Shown here: positions 41,474-52,047 of the stretch, one piece after another
Position numbering within the stretch: position 1 is the first letter of the stretch
How the letters are laid out: each line of letters begins with the position of its first letter
DNA from: an uncultured Spirochaetota bacterium
GTDB lineage: Bacteria; Spirochaetota; Brevinematia; Brevinematales; JAOACQ01
Length of the DNA stretch: 64,000 nt
Direction: 5' to 3'
NCBI GenBank assembly: GCA_963783575.1
Contig: CAWAOD010000014.1
Span: 320,001-384,000, forward strand
Made by a program: the position numbers and the translations under genes
The notes under the pieces: model-generated
Database searches by the model: none
What the model saw: only the letters and a program-made list of their open reading frames with translations
What the model was told of the DNA's origin: nothing

Positions 41474-41945
41474 ATAACTACCTCTTTTCTTAAATTCAAA
41501 CACAACATAATATACTTAAACGGTAATTAACTTTATACTTTGAACTTTTAACTTTTTACCAGGAACTTATCGTATTTTAGTAAATCATTAACTTGCTAAA
41601 ACAAAATACTATTTTTAGAATTGCCATTATGTATAATAATAAAAGAATTAATAATTATAAAGAATAAATTAAAATATTCAAATATATATTTTATATTTAT
41701 ACTTAATTATTTAGTCTTGTCGTTAAATTACCTATATGATAAATTGTAAAGGGTTTCATTCATTTATTAAGACTTCATTATACTTGAACTTTTAATACGC
41801 TTACTATATACTATAAAAAATATAAGTTAATTTTATCTTCATTACCTGATCAAAAATTAAAAGATATTTTAGCGAACCTTAGATTGAGTTAATTTTCATT
41901 CTGAAGTAATGGTTACAATCTAATATTAATAAACCGGAGAATATT

Positions 41946-43991
41946 ATGCCGGGGTCTTTAGAAATCATATATTATTCTATCAGCTCAAAAAAGAGGGAAG
42001 ATCTTATTTTTTGGATTCCTGAACTCTGGATGACTGAAAACGAAACTGCCATTATGGAAAAAAAACAAAAGCAAATTCGGGTAGAACCATATTCCTTTTT
42101 AACTTCTCAAATTAAAAAAATTCTTTCATTGAATAATAAAAATTACAACTATAATTCCAGCTTATCGAGTTTAAAAGAATACAAGTTTGATTCCGATAGA
42201 ATAATTGATGGTAAAATCAGGAGAAAACCAGGTGATTGGCTAATCGGAGCCTCAATATATGGTATAAACCTCCGTAATTTTTCGGCATATGACCATGATC
42301 AGGATGGAAAAATAGGTCATGGATCATGTGATGATATAACAATAAACAGTCAGGGAATAAGAGAAACCGGAACATTTATTAAGACTGCGGCTATACTTCC
42401 ATACATCAAATCTATGGGTTTTAATACCATTTGCCTGACTCCGGTAATGTTGACAGGTAAAGCATACAAATCCGGTGAATTGGGATCTCCTTATTCAATT
42501 AAAAATCCATTCAAACTGGATAATATCTATCATGATCCATTTATCAATGAAATACCAATAGAAATGGAGTGGAAAGCTCTTATTGAAGCCTGTCATATGA
42601 TGGATTTACGTATTATTCTGGACTTTACTCTTAAAACAGCCTCAAGGGATTCGGATTTCATACCGGAACATCCAGATTGGTTTTATTGGATTGATAATAC
42701 AGCTATATTAAATGATGACTCAAAATTCAATAATCAAAAAAGTAATAGTGATAAGTTAAGCAAAAAAAGATATACTCATTTTTTTGTAAATCCGCCGGAA
42801 AATAAAGATATTATTTTTGAGAATGAAAGTACAGGATATTTTATAAAATTTCAAAATAAAAAAGCAATTATACCCGAAGCTAATTCAATAATGGATAAAA
42901 TTAGCGATCTTTCAAATGATATTACCTTTTTTAAGCTTACTGATGAAATAAATGAGATTCCGAGTATCAATTCAAAATATGTTAAAAAATCGATTGATAT
43001 AAACACAAATTTATGGAAAACACTCGCCGGAATTGTTCCTTACTATCAGAAAGAATATGGTATCGATGGTGCAAAGTTTAACCAGAATGGATTCTTACCG
43101 CCAGGTTTGATGAAAATGGTTATAAATAATATTAGAAATACAGATCCTGATTTTGGTTTAATATCGGAAAATTTTGAACCGGATAAAAAAAACAGGGAAA
43201 ATGGTTATAATTTATCTTCAGGCAATTATCAGATAAATTTGTTTAAAATAAATCAAAGCAATAAGAAACATCAAAATCAATTGAAGACTTTTATTAATAA
43301 TTTAACAAATGTTCAATGTCCTGCACTGGGAGCGCCTGAAACTCTGGATTCACCAAGAGCTGCTGTCAGAAGAGGCGGAATAAAATTTTCTTTAGCCTCA
43401 TGGATTCTTGTGAATACATTACCCAATACAGTTCCATTCTGCAACTCCGGATTTGAATTGGGAGAAAAAAATCCTGATAGCCTTAATTCCGGTTTTAGTA
43501 TTGAAGAAAAAGAATCTATGATAAGAAAAAAATTAGGTTTATATGATGCTACAGCTTTAAACTGGGATTCAATTTCTGCTGATGAATTAATCGGTTTAAT
43601 AATAAAAATCAATAAATTCAGGCAGGAAAATATTGGAATTATTACTCATATAGATAATTTTTATCTTCTGGATTCGGAAGTGGATGGAGAATTAACATTG
43701 TCCCCTGAGAATCCTGTTATTGCTTATTTAAGGGCATTCAGGGATGAAATTATAAATTATATGGCAACCGGGATTTTCGGTGAAATTTTATATCCAATAG
43801 AGGTAGAAAACGATTACCTGATAGTTGTAAATATGGATTTTGAAAATGAAAGGATTGTTTCAATAAAAATGTGTGGTGATATGGCTTTTAATAACATATT
43901 CAAAGCCGAGGAATTGAAAACCGTAAATCAGGAATTAAATCTAAAGTTAAAACCCGGAGAATTTATAATAGCAGCAAGTATTTATAAATGA
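41946..43991 (+). CDS. GH13 alpha-amylase-family protein, maltosyltransferase-like, probably catalytically altered
   Basis: RETGTFIK...LPYIKSMG, GELGSPYSIKN, KTASRDS..I.EHPDWFYWI, GIDGAKFN, ETLDSPR. Confidence 0.8.
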   Translation: MPGSLEIIYYSISSKKREDLIFWIPELWMTENETAIMEKKQKQIRVEPYSFLTSQIKKILSLNNKNYNYNSSLSSLKEYKFDSDRIIDGKIRRKPGDWLIGASIYGINLRNFSAYDHDQDGKIGHGSCDDITINSQGIRETGTFIKTAAILPYIKSMGFNTICLTPVMLTGKAYKSGELGSPYSIKNPFKLDNIYHDPFINEIPIEMEWKALIEACHMMDLRIILDFTLKTASRDSDFIPEHPDWFYWIDNTAILNDDSKFNNQKSNSDKLSKKRYTHFFVNPPENKDIIFENESTGYFIKFQNKKAIIPEANSIMDKISDLSNDITFFKLTDEINEIPSINSKYVKKSIDINTNLWKTLAGIVPYYQKEYGIDGAKFNQNGFLPPGLMKMVINNIRNTDPDFGLISENFEPDKKNRENGYNLSSGNYQINLFKINQSNKKHQNQLKTFINNLTNVQCPALGAPETLDSPRAAVRRGGIKFSLASWILVNTLPNTVPFCNSGFELGEKNPDSLNSGFSIEEKESMIRKKLGLYDATALNWDSISADELIGLIIKINKFRQENIGIITHIDNFYLLDSEVDGELTLSPENPVIAYLRAFRDEIINYMATGIFGEILYPIEVENDYLIVVNMDFENERIVSIKMCGDMAFNNIFKAEELKTVNQELNLKLKPGEFIIAASIYK

Positions 43992-44022
43992 TGATTTCTA
44001 ATATTAAAGAAGGTGTACAAAT

Positions 44023-44625
44023 ATGTTTTATTCAATCAATGGGATATTAACTTCAAAAGATGAAAATCAGGTAATTATAGAAACGGGCGGTATCGGTTTT
44101 GAAATTGCAGTACCCAGATCAGTTTCACAACATATACCTGATGCCGGAAATAATATAACCCTGTATGTCAAAATGATTGTTCGGGAAGATGATATATATC
44201 TTGTTGGTTTTTCTACCCTTGCAGATAGAAGATTATTCGAGAGTTTAACGACTGTTTCCGGTATCGGCCCTAAGCAGGGCCTGAAAATTTTATCCGATCT
44301 CAGTGCTTATGAGATTCGACAGGCTATTATTTCCGGAAATGTAACCGAGTTAAGTAAAGTTAAGGGTGTCGGCGCAAAAACAGCATCAAGAATAATACTT
44401 GAACTCAAGGATAAAATGAGCAAACTTAATATCGGTGATATAGCGGAGCCGTCGAGCATTCTTGAAAAGAAAAAACTGGAAATACTCCTGGCTATGAGAG
44501 TACTGGGCTATTCCGACAGTGATTCAAAAAGGGTTATAGAATCAACTTTTGCCAGTTCTGAAGAAATAAAAAATAAAAAAGTTGAGGATATAATCAAACT
44601 AATTTTATCAAAGATGTTTAGATAA
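44023..44625 (+). CDS. ruvA: Holliday junction branch migration protein RuvA
   Basis: GGIGFEI, VRED..LVGF, VSGIGPK, VKGVGAKTASRIILELKDK, LGY. Confidence 0.94.
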   Translation: MFYSINGILTSKDENQVIIETGGIGFEIAVPRSVSQHIPDAGNNITLYVKMIVREDDIYLVGFSTLADRRLFESLTTVSGIGPKQGLKILSDLSAYEIRQAIISGNVTELSKVKGVGAKTASRIILELKDKMSKLNIGDIAEPSSILEKKKLEILLAMRVLGYSDSDSKRVIESTFASSEEIKNKKVEDIIKLILSKMFR

Positions 44626-44823
44626 ACTATAAATATTTAATCCCAATGGTTTTAGACTCAAATTACCATTTTAGCAGTAAATTTTATTTTTTACTGATTT
44701 TATTATACAATAATACAATATAAAGAAAAAATATTATAATATCTGCAGGATTCAATAAATGATGAATGCAGAATAGCAGTAAGCTACTTTATAATTATGA
44801 TTATTTAAAATTTACAGGTTTTT

Positions 44824-45390
44824 ATGAAGATATTTATTAAATATTTAATAATTGCCTTTATTACTCTTGGTTATATTTCATGTTACCAGGATACTCCTGC
44901 TGACAATACCAAAACGGAGGATAATTATCAGGATGATTCGACTATAGAAGTCATAAATAATGGGAATTATTCACCCAGAGTCCTGGATTTAATAAAAAAT
45001 TCCCAAATTTGTACTTATATAGTTATGTATGCTATGAAATATTACACGATGGATGATTCAAGCGGCGTAAATGAACTTCTTATGGCACTTGTTGACGCAA
45101 AAAAAAGAGGTATTGAAATAAAAATCATACTTGATAATACTACTGCGGTTGATTATCCGGAAACTACAAATTATCTAAAATCAAATTTAATAAGTTATAA
45201 GGTTCACCCCGGAACAATAACCACTCATGCGAAACTTTTAATTATTGATAATAGCATAACGGTTATCGGAAGCCATAACTGGACAGAATCGGCTTTTAAC
45301 AGTAATAATGAAACAAGTGTAGTTATCTACTTAAAAACTGTTGCTGAAAAGGAAAAAGATTACTTCTTTGATCTTTACAATAAATATTGA
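44824..45390 (+). CDS. Phospholipase D/Nuc-like domain lipoprotein
   Basis: Lipobox-like YISC; single HAKLLIID...GSHNW...NNE (HxKxxxxD) motif. Confidence 0.85.
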   Translation: MKIFIKYLIIAFITLGYISCYQDTPADNTKTEDNYQDDSTIEVINNGNYSPRVLDLIKNSQICTYIVMYAMKYYTMDDSSGVNELLMALVDAKKRGIEIKIILDNTTAVDYPETTNYLKSNLISYKVHPGTITTHAKLLIIDNSITVIGSHNWTESAFNSNNETSVVIYLKTVAEKEKDYFFDLYNKY

Positions 45391-45419
45391 TTATAATAAA
45401 TATTAAAGGAAATTAAATT

Positions 45420-47576
45420 ATGAAAAGGATTGCTATCCTGACAATATTTATCGTTATATTATTTAATGAAATCAATTATTCCCAGACAGTTGATTTAATC
45501 CTTTCTGAAAAAAACTTTAAAACCGGAATTACCCGATTTTATAACCGTGAATATGAAGCTGCCATACAGCTTTTTACCAAATCCTTATCATTTCAGCCGA
45601 TGAATTTCAAATCCCGGTATTATCTAGGTCTTGCATATCTTAATTCGGGATATGCAAAAAATGCTATTGTGGAATGGGAAAGCCTGATTAAACTTGGCGG
45701 AGGCAATTATCTTGTTAAACAAAAACTGAATGATTTGTACTTTCGTCTGGCTATCGATAAAAGTTACGACTATTCGACTCCCTATATGTTTTCAAAATAT
45801 TATGACGGTATTGAAAATGGGATGCATAAAATAATACGGCCTTCATTTATAATTTATGATCCACAATATGATTCAACAATAGTTTCTTCGGCTAAAACAA
45901 AGTTTGTTGTAGAAGTTGACGGAAGCGGACGGGTGGTTAGACAATTCGGAAGAGAATTTGGGGATTTTTCAATCTTTAAAACTCCAACAGGGATCTGTTT
46001 ATATAACAATAAATTATACATTTCTGATTATACGGCAGATAATATTTATGTTTTTGCACGTGACAGTAAATATCTTTTTAAAATCGGCAACGGGTCGGCC
46101 CCAACAAATGCAGGGATTCTCCAGAATATTTTATCGGTTCCTTTAAGCTTATTTAAAAAAATACCTGTTATAGGATATACAGTGTCCAATCTTGCTGGCC
46201 CGATGGGTCTGGCAATATCAAGCGATGAATATCTTTTTGTTGTAGATAACGGTAATGACAGGATACAAAAATTTGATCTTTCCGGAAACTGGATACAGAG
46301 CATAGGTGAAAATGAATTAAAAAGACCTACTGATATTGCAATTAAGGATAATGTACTTTATATTTCTGATACTTATAATAAGAGAATTGTTACTTTTGAC
46401 ACTTTTGGAAACGTTCTTGAAACAATTGGCGAAAATCAATTGATAGAACCCAGGGGATTGTTCCTTAAAGACGATAAACTTTATATAACCGATTCAAAAA
46501 CAGGAATTTATATATATAATATTTCAAACAAGTCTTTTGAAAAATTCGGGCTCGATGAAGGTAAATTAAAATTTCCTTTTGATGTTTGTCTTGATTCAAA
46601 AAATGTCCTGTATGAAACCGATTTTAATACCCAGAATATAGCCATCTTTAATCCGTTACAGCTTCAATACGCAAATCTCGGCGTTCAGATATCACAGATC
46701 TGGACAGCAACATACCCTGATAACTTCCTTCATCTTAGAGTGTGGGATAAAACAGGCATCCCCATTTATAATCTTAAGGAAGATAATATACAGGTTTTTG
46801 AAGAAGGAACGGAAATACCTCTGATAAGAACAGGTAATACTTTCTATTACAAAAAAAACATGTATGTAAAATTAATTATAGATAAAAGCATTCCTATGCT
46901 GCAATATAATCCTGAATTAATAGAATGCATGAATTCATTCCTACAAAAATCCACGGGAAGCGACTGGCTGGACCTAGTTGTTGTAAACATTGAAACGGAG
47001 AATTCCGGCAGGATAAATTCCAGCACACTCTGGCCGATTGATTATATTAAAAAATTCTCATATACGAACTCCTATCCCAATGATCTTGATAAAGCATTTC
47101 ATAAATCCATTACCGAACTTTTGAATATTAACAGGAATAAAGCAATTCTTTTAATTACAGCCGGAGAAATCGGACAAACGACTTTTGATGATTATGATCC
47201 AGATATGCTTGTAACTTATGCAAAGCAGAATGCGATTCCAATCTATATTGTAAATTTTACAGACAAGAATAAAGAAATTTTCCAGAGAATGGGAGAAGAA
47301 ACTTTTGGTAAATATTATAGTATGAAGAATATTAAAGAAATTATGAATCTTTATAATGAAATAAAAAATTCCCAACCACTTGAATATATTATCAGTTATA
47401 GCGGTTTAAATTTGAAGGGATTGAGAAATTATTGGGTAAACGTTCACATCAAAATAAATTACAAGGATTTTACCGGAGTTGATGATATAGGATATTATAT
47501 TCCTGAATTTGCCACCAGACAAACTTTATTCAATTTCGGTAAAGAAAAAAATACTATACAGGTTCCTAAAGAATGA
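45420..47576 (+). CDS. Exported TPR + NHL-repeat + vWA-like protein
   Basis: Signal peptide, TPR helices (YYLGLAY), NHL repeats (GPMGLA..VVDNGNDRIQKFD), C-terminal vWA-like LIIDKS/AILLIT.G. Confidence 0.8.
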   Translation: MKRIAILTIFIVILFNEINYSQTVDLILSEKNFKTGITRFYNREYEAAIQLFTKSLSFQPMNFKSRYYLGLAYLNSGYAKNAIVEWESLIKLGGGNYLVKQKLNDLYFRLAIDKSYDYSTPYMFSKYYDGIENGMHKIIRPSFIIYDPQYDSTIVSSAKTKFVVEVDGSGRVVRQFGREFGDFSIFKTPTGICLYNNKLYISDYTADNIYVFARDSKYLFKIGNGSAPTNAGILQNILSVPLSLFKKIPVIGYTVSNLAGPMGLAISSDEYLFVVDNGNDRIQKFDLSGNWIQSIGENELKRPTDIAIKDNVLYISDTYNKRIVTFDTFGNVLETIGENQLIEPRGLFLKDDKLYITDSKTGIYIYNISNKSFEKFGLDEGKLKFPFDVCLDSKNVLYETDFNTQNIAIFNPLQLQYANLGVQISQIWTATYPDNFLHLRVWDKTGIPIYNLKEDNIQVFEEGTEIPLIRTGNTFYYKKNMYVKLIIDKSIPMLQYNPELIECMNSFLQKSTGSDWLDLVVVNIETENSGRINSSTLWPIDYIKKFSYTNSYPNDLDKAFHKSITELLNINRNKAILLITAGEIGQTTFDDYDPDMLVTYAKQNAIPIYIVNFTDKNKEIFQRMGEETFGKYYSMKNIKEIMNLYNEIKNSQPLEYIISYSGLNLKGLRNYWVNVHIKINYKDFTGVDDIGYYIPEFATRQTLFNFGKEKNTIQVPKE

Positions 47577-47638
47577 AATAATTTGATATTTTGCCTAAAT
47601 TTATTTAAAATAATATATATTTAATGAGGAAAAGTGTA

Positions 47639-47734
47639 ATGTTCAGTTATTCTTTTTTAAATTGTTTAAGACTTTTTGTGATGGTAGTTGTGACAGGTAA
47701 TTTTGTCTATAGGTTTTTCTTCAGGGATAACTGA
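47639..47734 (+). CDS. Putative first Val-rich leader peptide (uORF1) of ilvB
   Basis: GAGGA at 47626 then ATG: MFSYSFLNCLRLFVMVVVTGNFVYRFFFRDN (alternative ATG at 47624). Confidence 0.4.
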   Translation: MFSYSFLNCLRLFVMVVVTGNFVYRFFFRDN

Positions 47735-47753
47735 AATAAATAAGGAGAAAATC

Positions 47754-47840
47754 TTGAATAAAAAAGTATTTACCCTATCGCTATTAGCTGTAGTTGTGAC
47801 AGTCTTTAATTTTATTATACGGTTAAAATCGATGGGTTAA
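47754..47840 (+). CDS. ilvB leader peptide (branched-chain amino acid attenuator)
   Basis: AAGGAG RBS, then TTG: MNKKVFTLSLLAVVVTVFNFIIRLKSMG; Leu/Val/Ile-rich and just upstream of a strong terminator. Confidence 0.7.
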   Translation: MNKKVFTLSLLAVVVTVFNFIIRLKSMG

Positions 47841-47861
47841 ATATTAAAAGTATACATAACT

Positions 47862-47896
47862 AAACCCCCTTCGGAAAACCGGAGGGGGTTTTTTAT
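47862..47896 (+). terminator. Attenuator terminator upstream of ilvB
   Basis: AAACCCCCTTCGG-AAAA-CCGGAGGGGGTTT followed by a T-run. Confidence 0.85.
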
Positions 47897-47908
47897 TGGA
47901 GGAATAAA

Positions 47909-49635
47909 ATGAAAATTTCAGGAGCGGAAATTACAATTAAATTGCTGGAAAAACTGGGAATTAAAATAATTGCCGGTATTCCTGGAGGTTCAAATCTGCC
48001 GCTTTACGATGCGCTTTGCAAAAGCGGGATTCGTCATATACTGGCGCGTCATGAACAGGGAGCCGGATTCATTGCCCAAGGTATGGCAAGATCGACAGGC
48101 CGGCCGGCAGTTTGTTTCGCTACTTCAGGTCCCGGAGCCACAAATCTAGTCACTGCAATTGCCGATGCAAAACTTGACTCCATACCAATAATTGCAATAA
48201 CAGGACAGGTATCAACATCATTAATCGGTACTGATGCTTTTCAGGAAGTCGATACATATGGATTGACATTGCCTATAACAAAGCACAATTTCCTTGTACG
48301 AAAAGCCGAAGAGCTTATTTCGATTATTCCGGAAGCCTTTAAAATCGCAGGTGCGGGGAGGCCCGGGCCTGTTGTTATCGATATTCCAAAAGATGTTCAG
48401 CAGGAATCGATTGATTTCGCAATTTATAAGTATCCCGGTAAATTGCAAACTGCGTCCTGTTCACATATTAAAAATAATGAATCTTCTGACCATGAAATCC
48501 ACAGTAACTTAATCAATAATGCGGTGGAAATAATAAATAAATCAAGGAGACCGGTCATTATAAGCGGAGGCGGTGTAATAATTTCTGAAGCAAATTCATT
48601 ATTATATGAGCTGGCTCAAAAAAATAATATCCCGGTTGCATCCACACTTATGGGAATTGGAAGTTTCCCACAGATGATCCGCTCTATCTTGGAATGATTG
48701 GAATGCACGGAGCCCGTTATACAAATTTTGTACTTAATGAGTCTGATTTACTCATAGTTTTAGGCGCCCGTTTTGATGACAGGGCTACGGGAAATGTTAA
48801 GATGTTTTGCCCTGAAGCTTCGATTCTGCATATTGATGTCGATCCGTCTGAAATTGATAAAATAAAAAAATCAAATCTTTCCATAGTCGGAGATATAAGT
48901 AAAGTATTGGATAATATAATTCCTTTCATTAATAGAAATACAAGACAGGAATGGCTTACAAGAATAAATGATCTGATCCGGGAAAATCCTTCATTGCCGA
49001 ATTATTATACTGAAAAGCTTCATCCGGTGAGGATAATTAGAGAAATAGGCAAATTAGCGGGAATTAATGCGATTATTGCCACAGATGTTGGCCAGCATCA
49101 GATGTGGACCGCCCAATCCTACCCTTTCAGGAAACCCAGGACATTTTTAACATCAGGAGGGCTTGGTACAATGGGTTTTGGATTACCGGTGTCAATAGGA
49201 GCCGCTCTTGCAAACCCGGAAAAGCAGATAATATGCATCAGCGGGGATGGTTCTATTTTGATGAATATGCAGGAATTGGCCACTATGTCGGAACTCGGGC
49301 TTAAAATTAAGGTTATTATTATGAATAACGGTCATCTTGGCCTTGTCAGGCAACAACAGGAGCAATTTTACAGTCAAAATTATATTGCTTCCAGATTTAT
49401 TTCTAACCCGAATTTTACAAAAATCGGACAGGCTTTTGGGATAGACAGCTGCGATTTATGTGAAAATGATAATTCATCGGACATTCTTGAAAAAGCATTA
49501 TTATCAAACGGACCGTATTTAATTAATGCCCATGTCCCGCAGGAAATAAACGTTGCGCCGATTGTACCGCCTGGATCTGCTAACACTGAAATGATTGGTG
49601 GTGAATATTATGACAGACAGGTTATATCAATATGA
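47909..49635 (+). CDS. ilvB: Acetolactate synthase large subunit, split by a 1-nt deletion
   Basis: RHEQGA, TSGPGATN, GTDAFQE, MIGMHG, RFDDR, DVGQHQMW, SGDGS..MN.QEL, NNG.LG.VRQ; one extra C at about 48667-48669 restores SFPTDDPLYLGMIGMHG. Confidence 0.92.
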
Positions 49636-49681
49636 TCATTGAACAGATTGTTCAAAATCATTTAGTTGAAGCATCGAAGGG

Positions 49682-51022
49682 TTAAAATAATGCAGAAATT
49701 GTTTCTTCAATTGACTTAACTGGCAATTGCTGAATTTGAAAAATTTGTTTTTGATTGAGGTCCTGGTAAGGAATAATGATCTTTTTCATTCCAAGCCTGG
49801 ACATTTCCGAAATCCTTTTTCCCGGCCTCTGGACTGGCCTTACTTCGCCCGTCAGTCCTACCTCGCCGAAAACTGCCGTTTCGACCGGTGACGGAATATC
49901 TTTTAATGAAGAATACAGCGCCGTAATTACGGCAAGATCGAGTGAAGGATCATTAATTTTCAGGCCGTTTGTGATGTTTAAAAAAACATCGTTGCTTGCG
50001 AGATTTACCTTCAATCTTTTTTCCATAATCGCTATCAGCATATACAGGCGGTTTATATCCATACCGTCAGATGTTCTTTTCGGGTAATTGAATTGAGAAG
50101 GGGAACATAGAGCCTGTATTTCAACCGGGAAAACCCTGCTGCCTTCAAGTAGCGGAAATATGGCTATTCCGCTGACATTCTCGGGATGCATAAAAGTAAA
50201 GGCTGTTGAGTCATTTTCAATTCCTTTAAGGCCAGTCTCCTCCATTGTAAATAGTCCAACTTCATCTGTGGAAAAAAATCGGTTTTTAAGGCTTCTTAAA
50301 ATCCTGTAATATCCGCGGTTGTCTGTTTCAAGAAAAATAACGGTATCGACAATGTGTTCTATTATTTTAGGGCCTGCAATGCTTCCGCTTTTTGTGATAT
50401 GACCGATTAAAATCAACGGAATATTCATTTCCTTACATAAGCTCACAAGTGTAAAAGATGATTCCCTGATCTGAACAATGCTTCCGGGTAATGAAGAAAA
50501 TCTTTCGGAATAAAGCGTCTGAATCGAATCGATTAATACTACTTCCGGTTTATCCTTTTTTATTATCTCTGCAATATCATCGGTATTGTTTACAGAAACT
50601 AGGAAAAGATTCTTTGAATCGGCCGAAATCCGTTTTGCCCTTACTTTTACCTGTGAATTCGATTCTTCTCCGTTTATATAATACACTTTTTTGTTTTCAG
50701 CAATCCGGTTTGCAATACTTAAAATCAGTGTTGACTTTCCAATTCCAGGCTCACCTGATAATAAAATCGCCTGGCCTGGTACAATTCCACCAAGAACCCT
50801 GTCTAACTCAAATTCTTTTGAAAAAAGCCTTTCATTATCATTAAATTGAATATCAGATATGGATACAGGCCTTATAATTGAATCCTTTCTTACAGGCTCT
50901 TTTTTCGATGTTTCCTCGAATTCTTCAATAAATGTATTCCATGATCCGCAATCCGGACATTTCCCAAGCCATTTTGAAGTTTTATACCCGCAGTTTGAAC
51001 ATAGATAAATTGTTTTTTGCAT
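49682..51022 (-). CDS. radA: DNA repair protein RadA/Sms
   Basis: CSNCG...WLGKCPDCGSWN zinc finger, GEPGIGKST, KNRF, GEVGLTGEVR; start at MQKTIY (51022). Confidence 0.94.
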   Translation of the reverse strand: MQKTIYLCSNCGYKTSKWLGKCPDCGSWNTFIEEFEETSKKEPVRKDSIIRPVSISDIQFNDNERLFSKEFELDRVLGGIVPGQAILLSGEPGIGKSTLILSIANRIAENKKVYYINGEESNSQVKVRAKRISADSKNLFLVSVNNTDDIAEIIKKDKPEVVLIDSIQTLYSERFSSLPGSIVQIRESSFTLVSLCKEMNIPLILIGHITKSGSIAGPKIIEHIVDTVIFLETDNRGYYRILRSLKNRFFSTDEVGLFTMEETGLKGIENDSTAFTFMHPENVSGIAIFPLLEGSRVFPVEIQALCSPSQFNYPKRTSDGMDINRLYMLIAIMEKRLKVNLASNDVFLNITNGLKINDPSLDLAVITALYSSLKDIPSPVETAVFGEVGLTGEVRPVQRPGKRISEMSRLGMKKIIIPYQDLNQKQIFQIQQLPVKSIEETISALF

Positions 51023-51026
51023 AGAA

Positions 51027-51287
51027 TTATTTTTTTGAACTGGCTGAATTTTCCGGTTGATTTTGATTCGTTTTTTTATTTTTTCCATAAATAATGGAGA
51101 ATGTTAATATTCCGATGAGGAACCCAATAAATAAACTGACAATAATAACAGCTATAACAGGAGCTGAAATCTCTAAAAATAAAAAACGAACCGCTACAGG
51201 ACTAGCATTCTGTGCAATGGCTATAACAGCAATGGCTATAAATATGCATAAGAGAACAATTTTTAAAATAAAACTGGAATTTTTCAT
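51027..51287 (-). CDS. lapA: LapA/DUF1049 family small membrane protein
   Basis: Two TM helices around AQNASPVAVRFL. Confidence 0.75.
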   Translation of the reverse strand: MKNSSFILKIVLLCIFIAIAVIAIAQNASPVAVRFLFLEISAPVIAVIIVSLFIGFLIGILTFSIIYGKNKKTNQNQPENSASSKK

Positions 51288-51298
51288 AATTTATCACC

Positions 51299-51838
51299 TC
51301 AATTTCTTTCCTCAATGTTAAGTTCTTTCGACAGCCTGTCCTTAATATCTTTAGTGATATCATAGTCTTTATCAAAATACAGTAATGTTTCGCTTCCTTT
51401 ACGGAATACGAAACTGTAGCCTTTTTCTGCGCTAACCCTTTGTATCAATGTGGCGATTTTCAAATAAACAGGTTTTGTCAATTCATCTTTTAAAGCATTC
51501 AATTTTTTGTTTGTATCGTCAATATATTCACTTAAAACTTCTTTTTTGTATTCAATTTCCGCTTCTCTCCTCTGTTTTTCATCTTCTGTCAACTGTGGGG
51601 AATTTAATTGATAATCTTTTTCAAGATTTGCAACTTCTTCTTTCTGTCTATCGATTTCGACCTGATATTTTTCTCTCTCCTTCTTCATTTTATCCCTGAT
51701 ATCCTGAGTTCCCGGATATGTGTTAAAAACATCCTCTACATCAACATAACCTATCTTCATCAATCTGGCTCCATAACCGTTAGCAATAGCTGCAAGTAAT
51801 ATAATAACTGTTGTTATTAAAATTCTTTTAAAAATCAT
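51299..51838 (-). CDS. skp: OmpH/Skp periplasmic chaperone
   Basis: KIGYVD, coiled coil, GYSFVF...LLY...DIT; lies downstream of bamA. Confidence 0.9.
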   Translation of the reverse strand: MIFKRILITTVIILLAAIANGYGARLMKIGYVDVEDVFNTYPGTQDIRDKMKKEREKYQVEIDRQKEEVANLEKDYQLNSPQLTEDEKQRREAEIEYKKEVLSEYIDDTNKKLNALKDELTKPVYLKIATLIQRVSAEKGYSFVFRKGSETLLYFDKDYDITKDIKDRLSKELNIEERN

Positions 51839-52047
51839 ATATTCCTCCTACGTTATCCATATTGAAGCTTATGCTTCCAGGATGAGCGGAATTCTAAAAT
51901 TTCATTTTTTCAGAATGATATTAATTATTTTTAAACCAATTTTATCATCGAAATACTAATATAAATTCCAATATATTGCAAATCATTTATATTACTTTTT
52001 GAGTTCCAACTTTTAATAAGCTGTAATATGTCTTAAGAAGGATTTTT

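Noticed and set aside
49776..50844. Antisense ORFs inside radA, representative of the many 60-170-aa shadow ORFs in the track
   Set aside because: Fully overlapped by well-supported genes and lacking motifs or RBSs
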